Shown: piece after piece, positions 10,659 through 19,697 of the stretch
How the letters are laid out: every line of letters begins with the position of its first letter
Numbering within the stretch: position 1 is the stretch's first letter
Assembly: GCA_965262915.1 (NCBI GenBank)
Contig: OZ253564.1
Span: 2,912,001-2,976,000, forward strand
DNA length: 64,000 bases
Source: Candidatus Spongiisociaceae bacterium
GTDB taxonomy: Bacteria; Actinomycetota; Acidimicrobiia; Spongiisociales; Spongiisociaceae
Reading direction: 5' to 3'
Translations under genes and position numbers: made by a program
Notes under the pieces: model-generated
Told to the model about the DNA's origin: nothing
Databases searched by the model: none
Seen by the model: only the letters and a program-made list of their open reading frames with translations

Positions 10659-10754
10659 ATGTTCTGCTACACTTGCCGGGCCCCTCTTCCGATTTTGTTG
10701 GGGGCTCCCCGTCATCGGCCCGTAGTGGCCGGCCGCCTGTTTTCGAGTTCACAC

Positions 10755-11018
10755 ATGGCACACAACAAATCTCAGGAAAAACGCAACCGCCAGACGATCG
10801 TCCGCACTGCTCGCAACAAGGCCGTGCGGTCGGAGTTGAAGACCCGGATCAAAAGCGCCGTGGCCGCGGCCGAGAGCGGTGACGCAGCCGCAGCTGCGGA
10901 AGCTCTCCGCTTGGCCCAGAAGCGCATCGACCAGGCTGCTGCCAAGGGCGTGCTGAAGAAGAACACAGCGGCCCGCCGGAAGCGCAATCTGGTCCGCCAA
11001 GTCCGCCGCATCGGCTAG
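10755..11018 (+). CDS. rpsT: 30S ribosomal protein S20
   Basis: MAHNKSQEKRNRQ...RNKAVRSELKT...KGVLKKNTAARRK. Confidence 0.97.
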   Translation: MAHNKSQEKRNRQTIVRTARNKAVRSELKTRIKSAVAAAESGDAAAAAEALRLAQKRIDQAAAKGVLKKNTAARRKRNLVRQVRRIG

Positions 11019-11118
11019 GAGGGTGTAAGACGGTGGGGAGCAACGCCCCGTCTTCCCCTGAACAACCACTACGTCATCGGTCGACGGGCCGCGAAGGGGT
11101 TTGTTACCACCCACCTAG
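11015..11118 (+). repeat. Family B MITE-like repeat
   Basis: CTAGGAGGGTG...CACCCACCTAG; core GTCATCGGTCGACGGGCCG shared with the 45813 and 62506 copies. Confidence 0.85.
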
Positions 11119-11167
11119 CAGGGCGCTCAACCACGGGTAAGTGGTTGGCCGGTCGTCCGCCTGCTGC

Positions 11168-12097
11168 CTACGGCCGGTACCAGTAGCAGAGCGACACCGC
11201 GAGGCGCTCCATAGTGACCAGGTGGGTCTCCTCGGGCTTGGTCTTGAGGGTCGCGTCGGCGCGCCGGACGGCGTCGATGGCGCGCATCAGGTTCTCGTCT
11301 GTCATCCTCTTGCCGGCCTGCCAGCTCTTCCGCGTCGGAAAGGCGTCGGGCTTGGAGCCGATCCACCCGGCGAAGGTTTCCATATCGGGTGCGACCGAGG
11401 CGAGTGCCCGTCTCCTGAGGTCGTTTTCGATGGCGCCGAGCAGCAACAGGGGGTGGCTGTAGGTCAGAAGGTCGTGCAGCCGGCGGAGGGCGTCCTCCAC
11501 GGCTCCCTTGGCGAGGGCGTCGGTGAAATGCCAGATCGGCTCGTCGGGACGGTTGCGGAAACGGCCCAGGATCATGTCGCCGGTTATCGGCTCGTCGGCC
11601 ATCATGAGCTGGTCGAGTGCTTGTGCCAGTGCCTCGATGTCGGATCCGAAGCGTCCCACGAGCGCTCCGACCGCCTCGGCGCTCAGACGTAGTCCCCGAT
11701 CCCGGGCTGCTTGGCGCAGCCAAGAGGCCGCGTCCTTCTCCCGTAGCTTCCTGATGGTCACCACCTGGCCGTGCTTCCGGATGTGGGCCGGGAGCGGGGC
11801 GGGCAGCCTTCCACCCGACACCAGGACCACCTGGCGGTCGCCGGAATCCGGCCGGCCGAGCAGGTCGGCGATCGCCGACGCCTCCGTGGAGCGCAGGAGG
11901 TGGGCATCCATCACCATTAGCCCGGTGCGTCCCCCGAACAGCGAGCCCGACTGGAGCGCCGGGACCACGGGCTCCACCTCCGGTCGGATGGTCGCATCGC
12001 CCGCCTCCGACTGGCCCCGGCCGGGTACGTCGACCCGCACGATGTCCGCCGGATGTATCACGGAGCCGGCGAAGATCTCGGCCGCCCGATCGAGCAT
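11168..12097 (-). CDS. holA: DNA polymerase III subunit delta
   Basis: SGSLFGG motif, clamp-loader-like helical C-terminus; conserved comEA-comEC-holA><rpsT context; true start may be slightly upstream. Confidence 0.85.
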   Translation of the reverse strand: MLDRAAEIFAGSVIHPADIVRVDVPGRGQSEAGDATIRPEVEPVVPALQSGSLFGGRTGLMVMDAHLLRSTEASAIADLLGRPDSGDRQVVLVSGGRLPAPLPAHIRKHGQVVTIRKLREKDAASWLRQAARDRGLRLSAEAVGALVGRFGSDIEALAQALDQLMMADEPITGDMILGRFRNRPDEPIWHFTDALAKGAVEDALRRLHDLLTYSHPLLLLGAIENDLRRRALASVAPDMETFAGWIGSKPDAFPTRKSWQAGKRMTDENLMRAIDAVRRADATLKTKPEETHLVTMERLAVSLCYWYRP

Positions 12098-12153
12098 CTG
12101 CTTGCGCTCGCCGGGGCCGGGTTCGCGCGGTCCGCTGATATGGACCAGGGCCT

Positions 12154-12861
12154 TCAGAGGTTCCAGCCTCCGCCGACCTGTATGAACGAGCCGCTTATGT
12201 AGTCGGTGTCGTCACGCAGGAGGAATCTCACCGCCGTGCACACATCCTCGAACTTTCCGTGACGGCGGGCCGGGATCCGGGCCAGGGCAGGCAGTGGCTC
12301 GGAGTTCTCCAGAACGCCCGGGAGGATGGCGTTCACCGTGATACCGTAGGGCGCTTCCGTCACCGCCATCGTCTTGGTGATGATCAGGATACCGGTCTTA
12401 CCGATGTAATAGGGAAGGCTACGGGGGCGGGCGGAGAGGCGATCGGCGCCCGAATCCGATACGTTGATGATCCTCCCCCCACCGTTGCGCAGCATCGGAA
12501 GCATCGCCCTGGAAACGTAGTAGGTGGCCGAAACGGTGGAGGCTATCTGGGAGTCCCATTCGTCGATGGTGAGGTCGTCGAGGTTCTTGAGGATGAAGTC
12601 GCCGACGTTGTTGACCAGGGCATCGAGGCCGCCGACCCTCGACCGGATCATCTCCGCCATGTGCTCGACATCCGACGGAACGGTCACGTCCGCCTGGATC
12701 GGGTGGGCCTTGCCGCCCCTCTGCCGGATCACCTCGGCCGCCGACTCCGCCTCTGGCCGGCTCGACCGGTAGTTGACCACCACCTCGTGGCCTTCGAGTC
12801 CCAGGTATATTGCGATCGCCCTTCCCAGACCCCTCGCGGACCCTGTTACCAGTACCTTCAT
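12154..12861 (-). CDS. SDR family oxidoreductase
   Basis: TGSARGLG, LVNNVG, YYIGK (YxxxK), ITVNAILPG. Confidence 0.92.
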   Translation of the reverse strand: MKVLVTGSARGLGRAIAIYLGLEGHEVVVNYRSSRPEAESAAEVIRQRGGKAHPIQADVTVPSDVEHMAEMIRSRVGGLDALVNNVGDFILKNLDDLTIDEWDSQIASTVSATYYVSRAMLPMLRNGGGRIINVSDSGADRLSARPRSLPYYIGKTGILIITKTMAVTEAPYGITVNAILPGVLENSEPLPALARIPARRHGKFEDVCTAVRFLLRDDTDYISGSFIQVGGGWNL

Positions 12862-12929
12862 AGACGCGCCATCTCCGCGGTCGTGCCCTACCGAGGTGAT
12901 GGTAACGCCGCCGGGCATTTCGGAGAGCG

Positions 12930-13465
12930 TCACGGCGGGAGATGTATCACTACGTCGCCTTCCAGATCCGTGCGGCGGATTTCCATTCCGGCTTGCTCGA
13001 GTTCGGCCAACAGCTCAGGAGAGGGGTGACCGTAGCGGTTGGGGCCCACGCTCACGACCGCCACCGAGGCGCCCGAATCGATCAGCCATCGGGAGTCGGA
13101 GGTGGCCGCACCCTGATGCGGGACCTTCAGCACCGCGACCGGGGGAGGTGGCAGTTCCCGCTGGGCGATCCGTTCGACGTCCCCCGACAGCAGTATCCGG
13201 GTCCGGCCCAGGGTGGCCACCATGACGATGGATTGGTCGTTGAGGGATGCGTACCTGCGCAGGGGCCCCAGCACCTCGAGCCCGATGGAGCCGATGAGGT
13301 AGCGGCCCGGCCGGGGCGTGGAGATGTCGGTGTGGGCGGAGGCGGTGCGGATGAAGGCGGCGAACTCGTCGCCCTGTCCGGGGAAGGGTACGTACCACAT
13401 CGCCCGGACCGGGATGGATCCCACCACGTCGGAGAGGCCGCCGTAGTGATCGTGGTGAGGGTGGG
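12930..13465 (-). pseudogene. comEC: comEC 3' fragment (metallo-beta-lactamase-like domain), separated by the integrated element
   Basis: Reads HPHHDHYGGL...NDQSIV...LLSGDVE...LKVPHQG...SVGPNRYGHPS...RRTD, the ComEC C-terminal domain. Confidence 0.93.
13452..13465. other. att core, left junction
   Basis: GTGGTGAGGGTGGG, identical to 25247-25260. Confidence 0.92.
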
Positions 13466-13638
13466 CACACCACTACTCATGTTTTTATCTATACTTATCA
13501 GACCTCAATAAACACCATTGACCTGGTGTTATAGACGTATAACAGGAGGGACCGGGGATCCAGGCATTATCATTAGATATCACCGAATTGCACTACTATA
13601 GTAGTAACTGAAGTAGTATCTACCGTTAGTGGTGTGCA

Positions 13639-14805
13639 ATGAAACGGAAAGGGCAACCCCTCACAGCAGCCTTCGTACGGTCAGTGAAACGGCCAGGCCG
13701 GTACGGCGACGGTCGGGGTGGTCACGGTCTGAGCCTGTTGGTGAAGCCGATGACCAACGGCCGCGTCTCCCGCTCATGGTCGCAAAGGGTCCTCGACCCG
13801 CGAACAGGGCGACCGACCGGCATCGGGCTCGGTGCGTACCCGGTCGTAACTCTGGCGCAAGCCCGCAAGATGGCGCTTCACAACCGTCGGGAACTCGACG
13901 CCGGACGCGACCCAAGAGGCGGCGGACTCCCCACTCTCGAAGCAGCCACCGAGAAGGTGATCGCCTTACACCGGCCGGACTGGAAACCCGGCTCTCGCAC
14001 CGAACACCAATGGAGACAATGGCACCGCGACTACATCGCGCCGGCCATCGGCGACCGGCTGGTGTCGGAAGTCACCACCGCCGACGTGCTCCGAGCGTTG
14101 ACACCGATATGGTCTTCCCGGCCGGTGGTCGCCCGACGGGTCCGCGAGCGGCTCTCGCTGGTGTTCCGATGGGCCATGAGTCAGGGCTACCGGCCAGACG
14201 ACCCGGCCGGACCGGACCTGCTCTCGGTACTCCCCAAGCAGAACGGCAAGCAGCACCACCAAGCGCTCCCCCATGGCGCCGTACCGGCAGCCATCCGCAA
14301 GGTGCGGGCGTCCACGTCCACTCTCCCGGTCCGGCTCTGCATCGAGTTCGTAGCGTTGACAGCGGCCCGTCACGGCGAAGCCCGACTCGCGCAGTGGCCC
14401 GAAATCGACTTCGACACGGCCATCTGGACCGTTCCACCTTCCCGTATGAAAGCAGGCCGTGAGCACCGGGTACCCCTCTCCGGCCGGGCGCTGGAAGTGC
14501 TCGCAGAGGCCCAAGCCGTAGACGACGGGTCCGGGCTGATCTTCGCGATGAACGGGAAGGCCATCAACGCGTCCACCATCGGCGCTACCTTCCGCAGACT
14601 GGAGATAGCCACCGCCCACGGTCTCCGGTCGGCTTTCAGGTCATGGTGCGCCGATGAGGGGATCAAGAGGGAGACAGCTGAAGAGTGCCTCGCCCACCAG
14701 GTCGGCAGCGCCGTCGAGTTGGCCTACCAACGGTCCGACGTGATCGAACTGCGCCGGCCAGTCATGCAAGCCTGGGCCGAATACATCACCCACAAACTGT
14801 TATAA
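13639..14805 (+). CDS. Tyrosine integrase (P4-like, N-terminal arm-binding domain)
   Basis: PGRYGDG..GL.L.V, IGLGAYPVVTLAQAR, LTAARHGEA, RMKAGREHRVPLS, HGLRSAF, LAH, AYQRS; adjacent to att. Confidence 0.96.
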   Translation: MKRKGQPLTAAFVRSVKRPGRYGDGRGGHGLSLLVKPMTNGRVSRSWSQRVLDPRTGRPTGIGLGAYPVVTLAQARKMALHNRRELDAGRDPRGGGLPTLEAATEKVIALHRPDWKPGSRTEHQWRQWHRDYIAPAIGDRLVSEVTTADVLRALTPIWSSRPVVARRVRERLSLVFRWAMSQGYRPDDPAGPDLLSVLPKQNGKQHHQALPHGAVPAAIRKVRASTSTLPVRLCIEFVALTAARHGEARLAQWPEIDFDTAIWTVPPSRMKAGREHRVPLSGRALEVLAEAQAVDDGSGLIFAMNGKAINASTIGATFRRLEIATAHGLRSAFRSWCADEGIKRETAEECLAHQVGSAVELAYQRSDVIELRRPVMQAWAEYITHKLL

Positions 14806-14894
14806 GCCTATAACATAGACACCCGCCTAATCCAACTGTTATAAGCCTATTATCCTTAGTGTTAGTTGACATTCATAACCAATAAGCCTAACGT
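14795..14894 (+). promoter_or_regulatory. Sigma70-type promoter for alpA with direct-repeat operators
   Basis: TTGACA (14866-14871)-N17-TAACGT (14889-14894); 17-bp repeat AACTGTTATAAGCCTAT at 14795 and 14834; partial copy ATAAGCCTA overlaps the -10. Confidence 0.7.
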
Positions 14895-14932
14895 GATATC
14901 ACCAATCGAAGTAGCGGACGAGAAGGGCAAAC

Positions 14933-15127
14933 ATGGCATCGGAACGGCTCATATTCCGAGTTGATGAGCTCGCGCAACGGCTCGGAGTCTCGACACAGAC
15001 CATCCGACGGTGGGAAAAAGCCGGAGACTTCCCCCGGGCAATCCGACTGGGCCAATCCGCCAGAAGTTCCATAGGCTGGAAAGCCGCAGACGTAACCGAC
15101 TGGATTGACAGCCGACCGGCCGCGTAG
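14933..15127 (+). CDS. AlpA-family regulator / excisionase
   Basis: 64 aa; ELAQRLGVSTQTIRRW...GDFPRAIRLG...GW...DVTDWI. Confidence 0.9.
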   Translation: MASERLIFRVDELAQRLGVSTQTIRRWEKAGDFPRAIRLGQSARSSIGWKAADVTDWIDSRPAA

Positions 15128-15146
15128 CGCGTAGACTCAGAACGAA

Positions 15147-15177
15147 GAACCCCACCGGTGGGCGACCGGTGGGGTTC
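15147..15177. terminator. Perfect 13-bp hairpin between alpA and the helicase gene
   Basis: GAACCCCACCGGT-GGGCG-ACCGGTGGGGTTC; no U-tract on the + strand. Confidence 0.5.
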
Positions 15178-15216
15178 AAATCTCCAAGAAAGAAGGTGAC
15201 AGTCAAGGAGGACAGA

Positions 15217-16683
15217 ATGCACTCTACCACCACCCGGCAGTATCCGCCACCGGTCACCCGTATACACGAAACCGCCGACAGATATCTGGTGTATCGGGAA
15301 GGCATCGACCGGCCCGTCTCGATCTCCGCCGCCGACTGGGAACACGACAACAACACCAACCCCTGGGACAAGACCAAACAGGACGCCAACCTAGCCGCGC
15401 TCCACAACGACGAACCCCACCCGTATCCATCCCCCAAAATGCTCTGGTCCGACTACTCAGCCATCGCCGACTTCCAGGCCGAACAGGCAGCCGCACGGTG
15501 GCACAAGCTCGCGTGGGACCGGATCGAGGCCGAACAGCTGCCAGCGTCCAACCGATCAACCGCCGAACTGTTCGACGAACTCGCCGAAGCTCAACAACTC
15601 GGTGCCGTCGAAGTCGCCGAGGTGCTCCGGGGGTTCTTGCGGCTGCGCGGTGTACACGAAGAGGACCTCGGCGGGCCGTACTGGTGGACCGACATACCCG
15701 ACCTCGACCGGCTGCCACCACCACCCGCCCCGTTGCTGACCCGAGACGACGGGCAGACTGTTGTGCCCGCCGACAGGTCAATCAGCATCTACGCACCACC
15801 AGAACGGGGCAAGACGTGGATCGGGTTCATGGTGGCACTGGCAGCTATCAAAACGGGTGGGCGGGCCGTAGTCGTCGACCATGAGATGAACGTCCGGGAC
15901 TGCGCTAACCGGTTCCGGCTGCTCGGCGGCTACCGCTACGTTCGCAACCCCGACCAGTTTCGTTATTTGTACGGACCGGAGACCCAACCCGCCGATGTCG
16001 AAGCATCCGCCCGGTGGCTCGCAGCCCGCCCCGGATCGGTGGTTGTCATCGACTCGGTGAACCGTGCCGGCGGCTACTCCACCCACCCCACCGAGTATCT
16101 CGAATGGGCCGACAGCAACGTCAAGCCCTACCGCACCAAACAGGTCGGCGTTGTGCTACTCGACCACGAAACCAAGACCCGCCCCGCGCAAGGCTCCAAC
16201 TATCAGGGACCGATGGGCACCGGCCAGAAAGTCGCCGACGTGGACATCGTGCTCCGGGTAGACGGCACACCGTGGACCACCACCGAACCGGGCACGATCA
16301 CCCTTCACCGGATCAAGGACAGACACGGCGACCTGCCAGGCCCGCCCGCCGTCGCGTCCATCACCGGCGACTATCAAGACGGCGGATTCGCATGGCGGAT
16401 ACACCGTCCGGCCACCGCCACCATCGAACAAGCACCCGGCGACTCGTCCCGCGCCCGGCGACTCAAGCGGCTAGAGAAGGCCATCGTGTGGGTACGCAAG
16501 CAGCCCGAACCCGTGACCGCCTTCGACTTGGCGAAGGGTATCGGAGTAGGGAAGGTGACCGCACTCGACTACCTGAAAGAACTCGCCGCCGGCGGCGAAC
16601 TCACCCAACACACCAAGGGGCGAACGTTCGTGTTCTCAGCACCCGACGACCAGGGCATCTTGACCCTTCCCGAGCCCACATGA
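15217..16683 (+). CDS. Replication protein: RepA/AAA_25-type helicase with C-terminal winged HTH
   Basis: AAGGAGG SD before ATG 15217; Walker A APPERGKT, Walker B VVVIDS, LLDH; C-terminal TAFDLAKGIGVGKVTALDYLKEL. Confidence 0.8.
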   Translation: MHSTTTRQYPPPVTRIHETADRYLVYREGIDRPVSISAADWEHDNNTNPWDKTKQDANLAALHNDEPHPYPSPKMLWSDYSAIADFQAEQAAARWHKLAWDRIEAEQLPASNRSTAELFDELAEAQQLGAVEVAEVLRGFLRLRGVHEEDLGGPYWWTDIPDLDRLPPPPAPLLTRDDGQTVVPADRSISIYAPPERGKTWIGFMVALAAIKTGGRAVVVDHEMNVRDCANRFRLLGGYRYVRNPDQFRYLYGPETQPADVEASARWLAARPGSVVVIDSVNRAGGYSTHPTEYLEWADSNVKPYRTKQVGVVLLDHETKTRPAQGSNYQGPMGTGQKVADVDIVLRVDGTPWTTTEPGTITLHRIKDRHGDLPGPPAVASITGDYQDGGFAWRIHRPATATIEQAPGDSSRARRLKRLEKAIVWVRKQPEPVTAFDLAKGIGVGKVTALDYLKELAAGGELTQHTKGRTFVFSAPDDQGILTLPEPT

Positions 16684-16686
16684 CCT

Positions 16687-16811
16687 ATCGTTCAAGTGTT
16701 CATTTGAACGTTCAAACGCCACCTGAACGATGGCTTACGTTCAATCGTTCAAGTGTTCAACCCACCCCGTAGGGGTTGAACATGCACGTTGAACACCCAT
16801 CTGACGTTCAA
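16687..16811. repeat. Iteron cluster, putative replication origin of the element
   Basis: 11 GTTCA/TGAAC motifs; 16-bp repeat ATCGTTCAAGTGTTCA twice; palindrome TTTGAACGTTCAAA; immediately after the helicase stop. Confidence 0.75.
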
Positions 16812-16831
16812 GTCAACGAGAAAGGACCACC

Positions 16832-17068
16832 ATGACCACGCAAGACGAACGAACCGCAGCACTCCTGAAACTCGGTGCTGCCATCTTCGGACGCAACAAC
16901 CTCATCGGCAGCGACTTCGACCACATCCACCTCGAAGAGACAGAAGCCGACTACGAACAAGACCGCGCCGGCGTCCTCATCCAGTTCTCCATCAGCTGGC
17001 ACGCACTCGGAAAGATCGCCACCGAACAGACCTGCGAAGCGATCACGGTCCTCCTACCAGATCACTAG
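16832..17068 (+). CDS. Hypothetical protein (78 aa, acidic)
   Basis: GAAAGGA SD before ATG; codon style like neighbouring element genes. Confidence 0.7.
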   Translation: MTTQDERTAALLKLGAAIFGRNNLIGSDFDHIHLEETEADYEQDRAGVLIQFSISWHALGKIATEQTCEAITVLLPDH

Positions 17069-17168
17069 CCACCCGCCCCACCCCCGGTAGGGCACCGCCC
17101 GGCCCGGCCGCCCGTGCCAGCGCCGACCGGTGTAGCCTCGGAGACACACACACCTTCCCGGCGTCTGG

Positions 17169-17459
17169 TCAGCGGTCGAGGAGCTCGCGGACCAGGGTGT
17201 GCCACGCCTCAACTGCCGGCGACACCGGACGCCGAGCCCGATTCTCCGCCACCGTCTTCGAGATATGGCATGACCGGCATAGCACCTGAAGGTTGCCAAG
17301 GTCATAGGATGCGCCGCCATCTGCTAGCGCGATCACATGATCCACTTCGAGCTTGCCCGCACACCCACAGGATCGGCACCTATGCTGGTCACGTTCCAGC
17401 ACTGCCCGGCGGACGACCCGCCATCGGTTCCGGTTGATAGCCGAGCTCGGGTGTGCCAC
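17169..17459 (-). CDS. HNH endonuclease (terminase-associated type)
   Basis: RWRVVRRAVLERDQHRCRSCG...LEVDHVIALADGG...NLQVLCRSCHISKT; start uncertain (17459 or 17513). Confidence 0.92.
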   Translation of the reverse strand: MAHPSSAINRNRWRVVRRAVLERDQHRCRSCGCAGKLEVDHVIALADGGASYDLGNLQVLCRSCHISKTVAENRARRPVSPAVEAWHTLVRELLDR

Positions 17460-17699
17460 CCCGACTTCATCCCATCCGACGGACACATTGCTCAGGCGCG
17501 GGCGTATGTTCACACCAAGAGTCCTGGGCAGTCACAACTATCACTCCGACTAAAGACAGCGTCGCAGTTGTTACAAAAGAAATCATCCATCTGCCTATGT
17601 GGTATATATGCGAACTGATCCCACTGGCAATTGGCACACTTCTTGTATGGAATACCTACCCCGCCTGTAGGAGGCGGCTAAGGGATCCGGTCCTTTATG

Positions 17700-19132
17700 G
17701 GCTCATCGGATTTCAGTGGGGAGTGACCGATGGGAGTAGGTCCCAGTTGGGTTTCCCCGCGTAGAGAAGGGCGCGGATTCGGTAGTTCGCGAAGTTGCGG
17801 AACCCGAACGCTGCTCGTTTGATCCGTTTGATGAGGTTGTTGAGGGCTTCGGTGGGTCCGTTGGTTACCTTCGAGATGTGCCAGTTGGTGATCTGGGGGG
17901 TCCAGCGGGCGATGGTACGACCCAGCTTGTTGATCTCGGGTGGGCAGGATTCGTGTTGGAGGTCGTCTGCGAGCTGGAGGGTGTATCGGAGAGCAAGGAC
18001 CGGACTCTCGATCCCGTAGATGCCTCGTACCGTCTCTTTCGCGTGCCAGGCTGTGCGCACTTCCCCGTAGGGGTCACCAGCATCGAGGAGACCACGCAGC
18101 CGTATTTGACCCCGGTCGCTGATCCTCTCATGCGCAGCGGTTAGGAGCCGCCGTATCCGATACAGCGGGTCATCCTTGCGGCCTCGATGCCCGAGGGTTT
18201 CGTTTTGGACTCTTCGTCGTACCTCGTCGAGACGCTGGTTGGCGAGGCGGATGACGTGGAACGGGTCCGCTACCTGCAGCGCGTGCGGCAGCACCCTGTC
18301 ATACGCCTTCCGATACGAACCGGACATGTCCAACACCGCCCAGCGGATAGCCTCACACCATTCGGTGGGTTGTGACCGGAACCAGGCTGCGGCGCTTTCT
18401 GCTGTTCTACCAGGGACTATGTCGATCAGCTGGTGGCCGCCAACGTCGACGACAGAGGTGCACCAGACTTTGGTACGCCAACGGCCCCGACGCCAGAACA
18501 ACGTCTCGTCCACTCCCACAGCTTCGACGGTCCCGACCCGATCGGTGTCTGCTTCCAGCAGCGCTTCGCCCCAGCGGCCAACCTCTTTGTTCACCGTATG
18601 CCAATCACAACCAAGTTCTGCGGCGACCTCGTCGACCGAACGGCCCCGCCCACCCACCTGGATGGTCACCCACCGGGCCGCTCGGGATGTCAACAACGCC
18701 CGTTGGGGACCAATCTTGGGGTCTTGTTCGATGAACGATCTGAGCGCACAGTCGGGGTTCGGACATGTCCAGCGCCGTTTCCGCCACCGCAGCCGCACAG
18801 GCCGGCCGAACGCCGGTAAATCCACCAACACAACCGTCCGATAGCCCTTCGACCACACCGACCCGCCACAGGACTCACACAACGGCCGGGGCTTGCGGGA
18901 CCGGATCACCACCTCCAACGGTGCCTCCTCGCCCGGGTCGTTGATCCCTACCAGATCAACCTCACCTAGGCCTACCAACTTCTCGCACATGCGCGTAGGA
19001 TCAGCTTCCACAGGGGTCCTCCTGCCTCGGATGTCATTACCAACACCCGATTATGGAGGACCCCTCCTCACTTCTGGTGGATTCCAACTCCCCCTGGCAG
19101 ATCCCCTACTCCCCACTCATTTCCGAAGAGCC
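17700..19132 (-). mobile_element. ISL3-family insertion sequence (1433 bp)
   Basis: 25-bp imperfect TIRs GGCTCATCGGATTTCAGTGGGGAGT / GGCTCTTCGGAAATGAGTGGGGAGT; 8-bp TSD CCTTTATG (17692-17699, 19133-19140). Confidence 0.95.
17713..19011 (-). CDS. ISL3 transposase
   Basis: Zn finger CESCG...C, GVDET, LDMS, DPFHV, TNGPTEALNNLIKRIKRAAFGFRNFANYRIR. Confidence 0.96.
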   Translation of the reverse strand: MEADPTRMCEKLVGLGEVDLVGINDPGEEAPLEVVIRSRKPRPLCESCGGSVWSKGYRTVVLVDLPAFGRPVRLRWRKRRWTCPNPDCALRSFIEQDPKIGPQRALLTSRAARWVTIQVGGRGRSVDEVAAELGCDWHTVNKEVGRWGEALLEADTDRVGTVEAVGVDETLFWRRGRWRTKVWCTSVVDVGGHQLIDIVPGRTAESAAAWFRSQPTEWCEAIRWAVLDMSGSYRKAYDRVLPHALQVADPFHVIRLANQRLDEVRRRVQNETLGHRGRKDDPLYRIRRLLTAAHERISDRGQIRLRGLLDAGDPYGEVRTAWHAKETVRGIYGIESPVLALRYTLQLADDLQHESCPPEINKLGRTIARWTPQITNWHISKVTNGPTEALNNLIKRIKRAAFGFRNFANYRIRALLYAGKPNWDLLPSVTPH

Positions 19133-19667
19133 CCTTTATGTTCCCTACTTCGGTGACAAGGGTATTCATAGTTTGGGCAAGGTCGTTTGTATTTTTGGCG
19201 ATCTTCCCAATTGGTGTGTTGTTGCCTTCAGCAGAGTTTGATCCAGAAATACCCGGTCCAGCGAGATGCAGATGTGTAGAGCTCTTCACGCGCCAGAATA
19301 GAATTCGCCGATCGTAACTGACTGAGATCTTAGTCTCCCGTAGTCGACTGAGGAACTCTTTACTAGAAGCCCAGCCCATGTCAAACTCATAACGCTGGCC
19401 ATTGTCCATATCGCCGAGGTTCTTAGTTCCATATACATGGTCTCTATCGTCATAGGGTTCATACTCGGGAGAAAAGCACAGTTCGACATTCCGTGCAACT
19501 CTCTTGCCTATATTCTCGATTTCGAGAACCAAGATGTCCAAAGAAAGCAAACGTACCCGCGGTCGTGGACGACGCGTATATCTCCAAACTAGGAGGGTCC
19601 CAGTCAATCCGAGAAGGGTCGCCACGGCTTCGCTGTGTACGCTGAGCCATTCACCGATACCTGTCAT
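19068..19667 (-). CDS. AT-rich cargo gene, membrane-anchored hypothetical protein (C-terminus altered by ISL3)
   Basis: GAGGAAGG SD; N-terminal hydrophobic helix followed by RRPRPR; visibly more AT-rich than its flanks. Confidence 0.75.
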   Translation of the reverse strand: MTGIGEWLSVHSEAVATLLGLTGTLLVWRYTRRPRPRVRLLSLDILVLEIENIGKRVARNVELCFSPEYEPYDDRDHVYGTKNLGDMDNGQRYEFDMGWASSKEFLSRLRETKISVSYDRRILFWRVKSSTHLHLAGPGISGSNSAEGNNTPIGKIAKNTNDLAQTMNTLVTEVGNIKGLFGNEWGVGDLPGGVGIHQK

Positions 19668-19697
19668 CTGTAACCTTCCTCATAGTTTGTAATCGGT

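Noticed and set aside
13127-13480. Element-supplied ATG that might re-start the comEC 3' half
   Set aside because: The ATG at 13480 is out of frame with comEC.
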